A stretch of 64,000 nucleotides of DNA from Neoechinorhynchus agilis (lineage: Eukaryota; Animalia; Acanthocephala): contig CM121342.1 in the NCBI GenBank assembly GCA_051530055.1, forward strand, positions 12,105,480 to 12,169,479, in the 5' to 3' direction. The notes beneath the pieces were generated by a model. The model had not been told where the DNA came from, made no database searches, and saw nothing but the letters and a program-made list of their open reading frames with translations. The position numbers and the translations under genes were made by a program. How positions within the stretch are numbered: the first letter of the stretch is position 1; every line of letters starts with the position of its first letter. This document shows positions 22,917-35,200 of this stretch, piece by piece.

Positions 22917-24386
22917 CTACGGAATGCAGACCATGTTAGCTTTCCAGCAACCAAACGGGCCAAACAAATCTCCAATGCATGAACAAGTAGGTGTCTTACA
23001 AGTAGCTGTCTTGCATGCAGCTATTACCTTCTTTATTGTGATAGTTTTCGGAGTGGTTGTTGTTTCCTCTGTCGTTGTTGTCTCCTCCGTTGTTGTTTCC
23101 TCTGTAGTTGTTTCCTCTGTAGTTGTTTCCTCCGTTGTTGTTTCCTCTGTTGTTGTCTCCTCTGTAGTTGTTTCCTCTGTTGTAGTCTCCTCCGTTGTTG
23201 TTTCCTCTGTGCATGTTTCCTCCGTTGTTGTCTCCTCGGTAGTTGTCTCCTCTGTAGTTGTTTCCTCTGTTGTAGTCTCCTCCGTTGTTGTTTCCTCTGT
23301 GCATGTTTCCTCCGTTGTTGTTTCCTCTGTGCATGTTTCCTCGTTGTTTCCTCTCTCCGTTGTTGTCTCCTCCTTGATTGTTTCCTCCGTTGTTGTTTCC
23401 TCTGTACATGTTTCCTCCGTTGTTGTCTCCTCTGTAGTTGTTTCCTCTGTTGTTGTCTCCTCTATAGATGTTTCCTCTATCGCGTTAAGCTCCTCTGCAA
23501 TTGTTGTTTCTTCTGTAGTGGTAGTCTCCTCTGTTGTCGTCTCCTCGGTGGTTGTTGTCTCATCGGTTGTGGTAGTATCTTGAGTGGTCATTGTTTCTTC
23601 TGTAGTTGTTTGCTCTGTCGTGGTAGTTTCCTCTTTTGTTGTCTCCTCTATAGCTGTTTCCTCTATCGCGTTAAGCTCCTCTGCAGTTGTTGTTTGTTTT
23701 GTCGTGGTAGTTTCCTGTGTTATTGTCTCCTCTATAGCTGTTTCCTCTGTCGCGTTAAGCTCCTCTGCAATTGTTGTTTGCTCTGTCGTGGTAATCTCCT
23801 CTGTTGTGGTGGTCTCTTCCGTAGTTGTTGTCTCCTCTATAGTAGTTTCCTCTATCGCGCTAAGCTCTTCCGCAGTTGTTGTTTCCTCTGTGGTTGTGGT
23901 CTCATCTGTAGTGGTTTCCTCGGTAGTGGTGGTCTCCGTGATGAGAGGAATGTATACGGCTGGACAAAATGTTGGAATGCATGGATTGTAGAAATCATAA
24001 TTTAAATGGTCTCCGTACTTTCCGCCGTTAATGACTTGCTTCTTTGATGAGCTAAAAATGGAAAATGATTGTTTCCTACTTTCATGATTTAAAACATACC
24101 ATCCCGGATAACGCGTAGGGATTCTTTTGTTGCAATAAGGGCAGTAACTCGGTTGGACAGACTTTTGGAAGTTCCATTGTTTGTTCTTTCTGTAATAATG
24201 ATTTGGAGATCGTTGATTGCTTTGGTACAATTGTTGATTGAACACTTCTGGACGAACGGTTGGTACGCGTGGATTGCAGAAAGCGCACTTTGAGGAAATC
24301 CCCGTAATGAGGTTAACCAAATTCGCGATGAGAGCAACTACTGTCAGTTGAATCAGCATCTGTGTTAAAGCACCGGTTTGATACAT
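22917..24386 (-). CDS. Secreted mucin-like Thr/Glu-rich repeat protein, 489 aa, Cys-rich ends
   Basis: Signal-like N-terminus; CxxCN motifs; about 300 aa of TEETT/EETCT repeats (15 bp unit) plus a longer AEELNAIEETAIEET unit; six-Cys C-terminus. Confidence 0.8.
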   Translation of the reverse strand: MYQTGALTQMLIQLTVVALIANLVNLITGISSKCAFCNPRVPTVRPEVFNQQLYQSNQRSPNHYYRKNKQWNFQKSVQPSYCPYCNKRIPTRYPGWYVLNHESRKQSFSIFSSSKKQVINGGKYGDHLNYDFYNPCIPTFCPAVYIPLITETTTTEETTTDETTTTEETTTAEELSAIEETTIEETTTTEETTTTEEITTTEQTTIAEELNATEETAIEETITQETTTTKQTTTAEELNAIEETAIEETTKEETTTTEQTTTEETMTTQDTTTTDETTTTEETTTEETTTTEETTIAEELNAIEETSIEETTTEETTTEETTTEETCTEETTTEETIKEETTTERGNNEETCTEETTTEETCTEETTTEETTTEETTTEETTTEETTTEETCTEETTTEETTTEETTTEETTTEETTTEETTTEETTTEETTTEETTTTEETTTTPKTITIKKVIAACKTATCKTPTCSCIGDLFGPFGCWKANMVCIP

Positions 24387-25094
24387 TTCATTGGGAGTTT
24401 CGTCTTGCCGTATCTGTTCTAGATGCGCAGCAAACTCTCCCTTAAATGCTGTTCAATAGTGTTTTATATGTAAACCGCGGTTGAGATTTTTATTGACAAA
24501 CATTTTAGAACGCTAGTCATATTTACACAAGTGACGAGATCGAATTTTTTCTTCTAGATTGCCAATTTTGCTTTCTGTGACATAAAGGTTTTTGCGGTGC
24601 TCTAAAATATTTACGTGGACGGTACCAAGTATTTATAAATTAACATTGAAAAATCACGACGCCTTCAATAAATGGAGGGCGGTACGATCACTCAATTTCT
24701 CGAAGGTGCACAATGCCATGCCCAGGAAGTCATGTGAAACTTTTAAATGCCAAAAGATTTGGTAACGTCTTTTTAAGAGAAGCGGTGACTAGACGAAAAA
24801 CAGTTCAAAGATCTTAATTTGTTGAAACTTAATGCGCAAGTGCTGTATTGCAATATAATAACTTCCTGGATCCGTGAAATTCTTTTTATTCTCCACGACG
24901 ATAACGGGAGGAGCCAAGAGAAATGTTTATCATCGGAACACCAGAAAGCTATAATATTATCAAACCCAAAATTTTAGGACTCAATAATGCATTTGCTGTC
25001 TGAGCAGATTGCAGTTTCAAAAATTTCTCTAACCCTGCATAAATTCATACAAAAATGTAAAAAAAAATCCGCTCGTATTAAGAATAACAAGTGT

Positions 25095-27014
25095 TCACAA
25101 TTGGAACCTTCTCCTTTCTTTTTCCATGTCGTGCCTTTTAAGCATCCAGAAGTATTCACCATATTTGGTATCGAATGTTCCCTTTTGAATCCAAAGTAAC
25201 TTTAGGGACATTTGAGGACCCAATTCCTTAAATCCAACTCGCTTATTTTCTCCTGGTTCTCTGAACACGTATCGATAGTGCCTAAAGAAAATGAAATCCC
25301 TTTGATTATGGAATGCCACGAGTCTACGACCATCGTAGTCCGGCTCCTTAGAAACCAGAGTGCCTAGCACCCTGGCCACCATTTGCCCGATTTGAGTACT
25401 GAAATTAGTGAGAATAATCTCAGGTCGGTGGTCAGTAAACTCATGGCTGGAATTCATTTGTTTGGCGGTCTTGTATTTTATGATTCGAAAACAAAGAGTT
25501 GGTCCATGTGGAAGGTGACTAAGATAGAGTTCATCGGGACGATTTAGTCGTTCATCGATTACCATCAACTGAGTGTATCCTCGGGCGACCATAGCGGAAA
25601 TAAGGAGTTTCAACGAGCATTTCCTTCGTTTGACGTATTTAGCATTCGGAAACACCAAAGCCAGTTCTAGACAAAACCGACGAACTCGATGGTGAGGATG
25701 TTTGTCTGAGGTCGTAATTAAAAGACGAGTATCTTGATCTCCTTTGTAGTAACAGGACAAAGCATCACTTTCCAGTTCGTAGACCATTTCGGGATTCGAC
25801 GGATCAAATGAAGTAAACGCAACGGTTCACATAATCGCCTTAGACGAACAGTCTAAAAAGTACTCAGATTTCACCAATGATAACATTTAGCCAATAAAAC
25901 GAAATATACCGTAGAAAATATACCTTTGCTTAAAAAACTGCCAATGATAATAATTTACAGACACACGTAATGCTGGGGTAATCTAATTTTATCTTTAACT
26001 TATGAATTTGCAACCATTTGTTCATCATGTTGACTAGTCGGATTTTTTCTGGTTGCATGAGAAATGAAGCATTTTTTTGTAGGACCTCACTAGATGTATA
26101 CAGTTGTTCGAGTGGATGACCGCGACTAAAAAAGGTCAGGGCTGAAATAGCCCATGTTTTCAAAATTTGGAACTGCTTTTCATAATTCAATTGTAGTTTC
26201 AATGCTCTTACGCAGAAGCGTTTGGCTAATTTTAAGATCTTTTTGAATTGTTGACATCTATTTTTTGTTAAGTTCTGAGTAAAAATTGTGTCCTAAATTT
26301 TTTTATTTTGTTAAAACTATTATCGACCGCGTTGTCTTTGTCTAAAATAGGTAGACATTTATTTCTTATTATTGAGTTGAGTTTCTTATTTATATATTTA
26401 CTACCGACCACGGCGAAGAGCCATCATTGAAGATTGTATTTTTTCATGCATTATTCGTAGAAAAGCACTGATATCATCCTCATAGATAACGATTTTTATA
26501 CCATTTTTGCAATTAAAAAGAGAATAGGGGATAATGAAAAAGCTGCCAACACAAAACATGAATCATACGATTGATTTTAGTCGTACAAAAACCTTAGACA
26601 AAACAAGTGATGATCGCTATGAGCTTATAGTTGTTAAAGCGCTAGAGATAGATTATAAACCAAAACTGAGATTTGGGCCACCTTGACCATTCTACCTTTC
26701 TAGGTTCTGAAGTTAGACGCGTAGAGACCAAAACAATTTTACAAAAAACATTCTATAAATAATGTTAGAAACGCATGTAGAATCTACGAGAATAAGACGA
26801 TATGAATCGTTGCAACAAGATTCGGAAGTCGTTTTGATTCGAGTGTGTGTGGTATTGGCTTAATCTTCTCATTAATTGTTTCTTCGTCCTCATGTAAACT
26901 ACTGTATTCGTCTTCTTCCTCCTCTTCAATTTCGAGATCTTCTAAATTGGGTTTCTTATTGAAATTAAGTCGCCGCCGTTTTGGTTTGGTCTTTGACGAA
27001 CGCTTTATGGTCAT
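25095..27014 (-). CDS. RPF1: Ribosome production factor 1 (Brix domain), about 305 aa; exons 27014 to about 26817 and about 25814-25095
   Basis: KPIPHTLESKRLPN plus FDPSNPEMVYE...LITTS...LSHLPHGPT...PEIILTNFST...FHNQRDFIFFRHYRY...ELGPQMSLKL...KGTFDTKYGEY...RRRFQL. Confidence 0.9.
25815..26816 (-). other. Hairpin-closed intervening sequence in RPF1 (about 1.0 kb)
   Basis: GCAACGATTCATATCGTCTTA (26813-26793) pairs with TAAGGCGATTATGTGAACCGTTGC (25842-25819). No AG exists between the last in-frame TGA and the conserved FDPSNPE segment. Confidence 0.75.
26561..26673 (+). mobile_element. Penelope-like GIY-YIG endonuclease C-terminal remnant inside the RPF1 insert
   Basis: Translates as NHTIDFSRTKTLDKTSDDRYELIVVKALEIDYKPKL, resembling the H-x-I-D...K-I-L...E-x-L-x-I...P-x-L-N tail of PLE endonucleases. 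Confidence 0.5.
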
Positions 27015-27049
27015 TCTATCTCAAAATGGTTAGTTTTAATTAAATATAA

Positions 27050-27367
27050 AACTAAAAGCTACAAAACAATGCCAGTCAATAATCGCAAATAAACATGTTT
27101 ACGGAAGAAACAACTCGTTGAATCCACAAAAACCCCATAATTTCGCTTGACTGATATGGAAATTTTTTTTATTTTCGAGCCTAACTCAGGAATTTACAAA
27201 TGCGCTTTAACTAAAAGCTACAAAACAATGCCAGTCAATAATCGCAAATAAACATGTTTACGGAAGAAACAACTCGTTGAATCCACAAAAACCCCATAAT
27301 TTCGCTTGACTGATATGGAAAAAAATTTTATTTTCGAGCCTAACTCAGGAATTTACAAATGCGCTTT
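27050..27367. repeat. Two-copy 159 bp tandem duplication just upstream of the RPF1 ATG
   Basis: AACTAAAAGCTACAAAACAATGCC...GGAATTTACAAATGCGCTTT at 27050 and 27209, near-identical. Confidence 0.95.
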
Positions 27368-28060
27368 GAAGGGGAACATGGCTCAATTGGAGGGACGAAC
27401 TTTCCACACTTCAGTGTCGTTACATTAACACTTACTTTACAACTCCCGACGAGAGCTCGAGAATAAAGATTTTTGTCGCCATAACGGCCTTCGTCCATTT
27501 ATTGGGAAAATAGGCGGGGAAAATGTTTTTGAAGCCGAAATTTTCTTTTGGTATTTTTGCCATCCTGAATGATTATGAAGCAAGAATAGCGATTGATTTA
27601 TAAATTCTCAATATTTCCTCGGCCCCTACTTTCGGACTTATGTTTTTTTGCAAGTGACCTTACATAGAAAAAACTTACGAGTAACATAAAGAAGTCCAAC
27701 AAAATATAGGTGAAATATTTCTGAGAATTAATAAATCAATCGTTATTGATCTCTCATAATCAAACCAAAAACCCAAGAAGACACGAAAGAACACACACAA
27801 AACCTACACACGCTCGTAAAATACAATGCTTCTTTTTTTGTTCGATAAAAATGGATGTTTTGGCTTGACTAGAAATCTCATTCGTCCTTTCATCTTTACC
27901 GATGGTGACGACTGGTTGTTGTCTCTCAGTAACGTCGTGATCTACGAAAGAATTGTTTCTATGATGCGCGTCATCGTCGTGAAGTGATTTCTTCTGTGTG
28001 TGTGTGTGTTTGGTGTTCGTTACGCTTCCTCTACACCATCATCGTTTGCATCTTTAGAGA

Positions 28061-29168
28061 ATGTCAGGACGTGACCGCCGAGGAAGTCGTTTATACGTTG
28101 GAAATCTTCCGCCTGATTGTCGTTCCCGTGATCTGGACGATTTGTTTCAAAAGTTTGGGCGTATAAACTTCATCGATCTCAAACGAGGATACAACAATTC
28201 TGCATCGTTTGCGTTCATAGAATTCGAGGATTCAAGGTAGTCTTTCTTCTTCTTCGAACGCATTAATTCTCATTGTTTACACACAGAGATGCCGATGACG
28301 CGATCCATCGTCGCGATGGTTACCAAATGGACGGTAGGCGTATCCGAGTGGAGTTTTGCCGTGGTCGTTCGGACGACTTTCGGCACGATGGTCGCCGTAA
28401 TGACATTGGTGGCAGGAGTGATCGTGACCACGGCGGGAGTCGGTATGCTTCGTCTCGTGGACGATACGGTCCACCGACTCGTCGTTCGGACTACCGCGTG
28501 GTTGTGAGCGGTCTCCCGAAATCCGGGAGTTGGCAGGACCTCAAGGATCACATGCGAGAGGCTGGTGATGTTTGTTTCGCCGATGTTTACCGGGACAACA
28601 CCGGTGTTGTCGAGTTTCTCCGTTACGACGACATGAAGTATGCAATCGAGAAGATGAATGACTCGAAATTCACTAGCCATGAGGTAGGTGGTGGGTTTTG
28701 TCGGTTCTGTTGAGTGTGAGAGAGCTGGCGGTTAGATGGGATTCTGGGTGCAAGGAATATCCTAACAAAAATTGCCTTGATCCAAGGTCTTCTCTTCGCA
28801 TCGAAGGAGGAGGAGGAGGGATTTGTTTAAAAAGGAGGAGGATTTTAATATCGTGACTACAATTTAAGGGAGAAACCGTTCATATACAAGTGCGAGCACA
28901 TTCGCAAGCTCGCGAGTCATCAAGACGACGAAGACATTCTTCATCGGAGTCTTCAAGACGATCACCGAGGAACAGGTCCAGGTCACCAGTCAAGAGTCCA
29001 CCAACGCGAGATGATGGGAAAGACTCTAAGCATTCTCAGAGCCTGTCACCACCACCAAGGAGACGCGACTCAGTCGAAGGAAGCGATGAAATCAGAGACG
29101 AAGTTAAGAAGAGCGCGGCAGGAGATAAGTCGTCGGATCGCGACGATGATGATTCTGTTTCTGACTAA
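28061..29168 (+). CDS. SRSF1: SR splicing factor SRSF1/9-like; exons 28061-28236, 28287-28683, 28869-29168
   Basis: [10 protein letters not shown]...[15 protein letters not shown]...[54 protein letters not shown]-rich tail; two canonical GT-AG introns. Confidence 0.92.
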
Positions 29169-29211
29169 TAAATCGACGTCGTATTGAGCGATCAAAAAAT
29201 GCTCAACTTTA

Positions 29212-30646
29212 TTACGGCAGTGTTCGCGATGAATTCGCATGCTTTAAGGTCACCATTCCTTCTAAGATCGCGTTGTCTTTTATAATGGACAAGGCGTACT
29301 GGTTGGACAAATTAGAAAGTGGGAATAGTTGCTCGAGTGCGTAGGACGCGCAGTTTTGCATTAAATCATTTTCTAGTAGTACAGATTTGTTCTGTAAAAT
29401 ACTATCCCTAATCAAGGGAGCCGATCCAATGGGACAAAATAATTTGAGATCATTGAAACATTTTAGAAGATGGCTTCTTTTGCCCTCAACGGTTTCGAGA
29501 TCCTTTATGTACTGAATTGACCGTGCAAATCGTTTAACCACGGAACGTTCGACCAGTCCAATCACGAGAGAGCGAATATCCGCTCCAAATTTGCACAAAA
29601 AATCGGAAACGTTCAAGGACATTTTTAACACGATTTCAAAGTTAACGTCCTTTTCTAGTTCATTTTGGATCAGATTTATTATGAGTGTGATGCTCTTAAA
29701 TCCAAAAGTTTCTGATTTTCAACAAAAGCACCTCACTTTTAAATCGAGTGACGCACTAGTGATCCAAGATCTAAAAACGATATCATCGTTTAGAAAGTCG
29801 TCTGATCCTTGGTGGAAAACGGTCATGTAGGCCGTAACTGTACGAAAAAGGTGCATTTTCATCGAAGTTAAGGTTGAAGGTAGTGAAAAATCCTCAGCGA
29901 TCTTGACGTGACTACTTCTTGCTCTCAAGAACGTCGACTTGAGCTCAGGTGTCGAGTATCCGACTAACTGAAGAACGTTCATGTAACGTATTACTTCTGA
30001 CAACTCTATCGCTGATTTACGCAAATCCACATTTATTATTGTTTCGCACATTTTTGATTTGAGTGTTGATATGTCCTTCGCCAGTAGGTGAATGTTTGAG
30101 TTTGAGTCGAGAAAGTGGTACTTTTAAAATCTATGAAGCGAAGTCACAACCAGAGGCACTTTAACGAGACCTTTTCGAGTGCCACTTTAACTCAAGAGCA
30201 ATTTCAAAAGTACCAGCTAAGGAGCTAGTCGATTCACAGAATCGCAAAAGGACATCGGTTGCTCCGATGACGAATTCATACTCGCCAGAACTGAAAGCTT
30301 CGTTAATACTACCTAGTAGCCTCGCAAACGTTTGAAGGGGTGCGGTATATTTTGATATAGCATCAAATGCTCCGTTGATTTGATCATCATCTACCGAAAG
30401 AGGGCGAACATTTACACACTCAACTAATGAATCCAAATGCGCTATCCGAGATCGAAGATCTTGAAACTTGAGTTCAACTCGTTTTAAATGCCGGTACCCA
30501 CTTATAGCAAGTCCACATTCCTCGGAGTATATTTGCCTTTTCTGTTGAATTATAGCCTCAGGGACTTTGCGGTAAAGATATGATAAATCGTTTCCCAAGT
30601 AACTCTCCAAAGATACGCCATTCTCTAAACATTCGTCGATGTTCAT
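29212..30646 (-). CDS. COG8: Conserved oligomeric Golgi complex subunit 8-like (divergent), three exons
   Basis: Segments YE...LR...ELKSTFLRAR, MHLFRTVTAYMTVF, FRSWI, KFGADIRSL and FNDLKLFCP match COG8. Canonical 42 nt intron at 29736-29695; hairpin insert at about 30193-30109. Confidence 0.75.
30109..30193 (-). other. Hairpin-closed intervening sequence in COG8 (about 85 nt)
   Basis: GAGTTAAAGTGGCACTCGAAAAGGTCT (30193-30167) pairs with AGATTTTAAAAGTACCACTTTCTC (30132-30109); core AAAGTGG.ACT. No in-frame GT-AG pair found as assembled. Confidence 0.55.
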
Positions 30647-30865
30647 CTAAAATTTTTGTTTTTGTAAACGTTTCTTAAAGAAAGATGCCCGCTACGCCAC
30701 AAGCTTGACTGCTCTACAAAAACTAAGAGCTTTCATAATTCAGTTTTTTTGAAGATCGATACACTTATGATCGAAAGCACTTGTTACAAAAATGCTTCAC
30801 GCTTAGACTCCAAGCAAATAAGCAAAACTGGAGCAGCAAATAAAGTGCGGTGACAGAGTAAAACT

Positions 30866-31551
30866 TTATTTAAGGAGAGACCATTTGATTTGTTCCTTAG
30901 CGGTTTGAATAACTTGAGCCACTGTCTGCTCCGTCAACGGGATTTCTTCTTTATGACTTGCGGCTCTTTCCGCAACATCAGCAGAATCGCAGTCGAGGAT
31001 TATTCTACTTGGCAAAAGTAGGCACGAGTTTATGGTTTTCCCAACGTGAATAAACGTACCCTTCATCGCACATCTCGTCGATTACAACAAATAGACTGTC
31101 CATATTATCGAGCAATGTCTTCTTTTCCATAGACTTCTTTAAAACAATCGACATAACATCGAAAAAACTTTCAAGGAAGTGACTGATAAGGAGCTAAATG
31201 ATTTTTAAAGGCATCATAATTAAAGCTGAGCCAAACCTCGTTTTCCTCTGGATTGCCAATAACAGCGAAAATAAGATCGACAATAGTCCGATAGACGCAA
31301 ATGTGACCAGATGATGAAATAACGATTTCGTTGTTAAGATTTCCCGGGGTCGATTTCCGGATCAATGAATAAGTATTTTTCGCCCAAGACGTAGCCGACT
31401 CCTTAAGTTATGGATTCTACAAAATAGCGCACTCATTAAGACTCCATAGCACAGTCAAATCGTATGCCAAAGGTTGGTAGTATTTTGAGAAAATGACTTC
31501 ACCATCTGTATCGAAGATTATTATGGCCTTTATTGTTTGGAAAGACGACAT
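30866..31551 (-). CDS. COPZ1: Coatomer subunit zeta; exons 31551 to about 31453, about 31404-31237, 31193-31060, 31004-30866
   Basis: TIKAIIIFDTDGEVIFSKYY, VIGNPEENE/LLISHFLESFFD, LLDNMDSLFVVIDEMCDEG, IPLTEQTVAQVIQTAKEQIKWSLLK. Confidence 0.92.
31405..31452 (-). other. Hairpin-forming intron 1 of COPZ (about 48-51 nt)
   Basis: GCTATGGAGTCT (31450-31439) pairs with AGAATCCATAAC (31418-31407), 10 of 12, plus an inner AAT(G)AG/CTATT stem. Contains in-frame TAG and TAA. Confidence 0.5.
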
Positions 31552-32294
31552 CTTAAAATAGGAAATCGGGTGGATGATTTTGATCGTGAAATATCCTCCT
31601 TCTCACAGAACCAGTAATCACTACCTCTTCAAATCATTTACCCATCTCAATTGAGAATCATAACGGAGCCAAGATTGTGTTAACCGTGGGTCGTCGTCTA
31701 ATAGAGATAGGACAAGAAAGTTTGCAGATTTTTTCCTAAAATTACTTTCTTGCCATTGTACTATGAATTGTACTTGTGAAAGAAACTGTAAAGTTAGCAA
31801 CCTTTAGATCTTAAATGAAGCTATTTTTCCAAAATCTCGTTTTAAAAAATCGAATGATTTCGGTTCACGACTTTAGAGGTTTTACGGCAACTACAGTAAT
31901 CCTAAATACCAGACGTCGCTCTAAATAAGAGAAGTTAATAGAAAATGCAAGAATTGCGTTGGTTTTCCGTTTTTAAGTAAAAGATAAAAATGGCGACCAC
32001 ACACGGGATTGTTCATTCCTGATTATTTAGCTGTATTCTTTCCATCTGGATCGTTTTGACAACGCAATGATTTTGAACTTCCAATCTTAAAAACGACAGT
32101 TAACATTCAAAGCACGCGACTGCTCTTGGAGAATTTCTTATACCGACCAGCATTCATTTTCTATTAATAAACGTGCCAAAATGCAGTAATTTGAATTCAA
32201 ATCAAAATTTGGCAGATTTCTCGTTTTAATGTTAACGAAAGGCAACCATTAGCAATCTTGAATTGCAGAATTTAATATAAAATCGTTTATAGTA

Positions 32295-35200
32295 TTAAGA
32301 GGACAATTCAGGCATTCGCTGATCAAGCTGTTCGCAGTCTACTTCAACCGGATACTTGTGACCTGCTACATCTACGAAAAGTTCTGTATTTTTTAGATCA
32401 ATGAAATCCTTTGTTAGGAATCCAAGTCCGACCTAATAAATACCTGTTAGAAAATTCCTACCACAAGCAGACGCACCGGAGTATTCAATTCAAAACTGAA
32501 TGCCGACGACGTCAAAAATCCCACAGGATTACCGGTCTTAGTATTGTATATGGGACAACCGGAAGTGGGCCAGACATCAAACATGTCAAAGTTTCTCAAT
32601 ACGAATTTGCACAATCGCTTGGTTGGACTTGCATCGCGTTGTATTAAGTGACTTTTTCCGACAAAGTTCTAAATAACACAATTATGGCTAGTTACCAAAC
32701 ACCAAACGTTTTTGAAAAGCTTAGACTTTTCATAAAGAACCGTTAATAGCCAACAAACCTTGGATAAATCGACGAGATGTCCTCTGTTGCATTCGAAAGG
32801 TGTCACTAAGGACGACAGTTCCGCTCCCCATTCAACCATTCCATTTTCGATTCTTATTGTTCGAACTGCTTCAATACCTACATTCATTATGCCATACGCA
32901 TAACCGCATTCCATTAGATAGTCATACAATGCAATCGCTGACTAAATATGTATTTAATTTTTTAAATATCGCAAATTTTTACTCACTTCAGCTGCAACCA
33001 ACATTGCGAAACCGTCTATACCGCAGAACGACTCATGCATTATCAAAACGTCTGAAACGAAACCAACATCCATTACTTCTGCGGTTGAACATGTAAAGTC
33101 TTTGAACTGGGCAGGCTGATCGTTGCTGGCGTTTCTAAGAAGGCTTTTCGCATTTGGTCCCATTATTGAAAGAAGTGCGTATTTGGCCGTATTGTCACCC
33201 AAGCGCACATTCTCGTTTTGTTTCAAATGCCGCTGCAGCCATGTCATCGCCCGCGTCGATTGCTTACATGGTCCAATCATTAGGTAACTGAAATTGAACA
33301 ACGAAAATTGGATCTATCCGCTTGAAGTTGTGAACAGTAAAGATCTCATTAAGACAGGGAAATTAGGTCGCCGCTACTCATTCTTGTTATAGACTCATAT
33401 TGAGACGAAATGTGAAAAAGAAATCCTGTTTGGGGAAAAATAGGTATAGAATTTAGTGATCTGGTATACAAATTAGTCAATAATTGAATTTCTCACATGA
33501 GCCATTGCTTACCATTAGTCATAAATCCTTTTGCTCTTGTCTTTAAAGGATGGAATCTAATTGCGCCAATTTTCATCGGCTCAAAAAGTTCTATTTGTTT
33601 CAACACGCTTCACTTTTTCGTGTAAATGATTCCTAACGTACATTTGCGAGTAAATTCCCACTTTTAGCAAGCATTATCCTTCTTAGCAATAAGCGAAATT
33701 AATTTATCAAGATGTCGATATGTGACGAGGTACCGGGGTATATGATTGGAAGTGTTATTTGGGCCTTCACCCATTTAAAGAGTTTAATAGAGACGTTTCA
33801 TACCTCGTCGAGAATGTTAGTTAGGTCTTCAACCCTTTAAAAAGTTTATTAAAGACGTTTCGAAAACCTCGTCGGGTGCAGACCCTCACCGATCTTATCG
33901 GTCTTAAATTATAAACGTGCTTCATTTCAAATAGAGAATTGGACAAAAAGATTATAAGTTCCTAATAGCGATGGCAAACGGCGTGCAGTTGGAGAAAACC
34001 ATTACAGATGCTTATTGCTTACTTATTTTTAGACAGTTTAATCATGTTCATATCGTTTTCAAGAGTACCATATTTGTTGAGCATAAATATTCTCCTTAGT
34101 TCCATGTCTTGCATAGATCTTATTTCGTTGCAGCATAGGCGATCAAGGAAATCTTCGGCGTCCTCGGACTATTAAAGAAATTCGCAGCTAGGAAACCCAA
34201 ATGTCTCTAACCTCAATAAAGATCTTTACATGACCACTCAAATCGGCTATGGCAACATTATGCTTCACAGCAGAATATTCGTTTGCCATAGCTTCAAAAT
34301 AATTAGGACGACTTGAGGACATACCAATCTTGGCATCAGACATGTGCTCTAATCAAACAATCGGAAAATCATTGCCCTTTGCATAGAAGGCTATCACAAA
34401 TGAACACACACGAAAACAAGCACAAGGGAACGCGATAATCACTTCACTTACGGTGGATATTTTGTTTATCGAAGAATAGAGGCCATTCGTACCCGGCTGT
34501 GCAACCAAAGAATGCTCCGGCAGTTTTAAGCCGGTAATAAAGAGGGGAAATCCGAAGCGGACGTCCTCCAGATAATAGAGATATGTCCGTTCGATTTTGA
34601 CTGATATAAAATTGATTGCCTACGTTTGAAGTTAACAAAATGCGCAAAATAAAGATTATTCTCTCACATGCAATGTCCTCGGCTTTGTGTTTGAGGTACA
34701 TGAGATTATCGTTTGCATAGGCAAACCTTGCAGGACTGACCGATGCAAGATTGTGCTGTGAACGTTCCGTCTGACATAACTGGAGTTGTAATAGACGAGC
34801 CGCTGCACCGGTGAAACTCAGCCCCATAGCGTGCATTCCACCCACCACAAAATAATTTTTGACCTGTTCATTTAAAACGCTTTCGAAGCGTGACACAGAA
34901 ACTCGTGAACTGCGTTTACCTTAGGGATTTCACCACATACGAACATATGATCCATACTGAATGTATCCATGCGTTCCATAACGCGACGAATTCGCACAGA
35001 ATCATTGAGATTGTCGATACGATCACGAATGCTGAACAGAGCTTGAGCTAAAAAGTAGAATTTGGAATGAGTTGTTAAAAAAGAGCAGATGAAGTGATTT
35101 TAGATCTAGAAAGAAAAACCGTTGAAAAAAACCAAGAAACATTTTATCTTGGATTACTGTCTTCGACGGGGAAAAGTATACTTGCTTTTTTCTTAGTTTT

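Noticed and set aside
22924-24337. Long antisense and alternate-frame ORFs (Val/Ser-rich, Asn/Gly-rich) over the mucin-like gene
   Set aside because: These are by-products of a stop-free minisatellite. Only the minus-strand frame has a signal peptide and Cys-rich ends.
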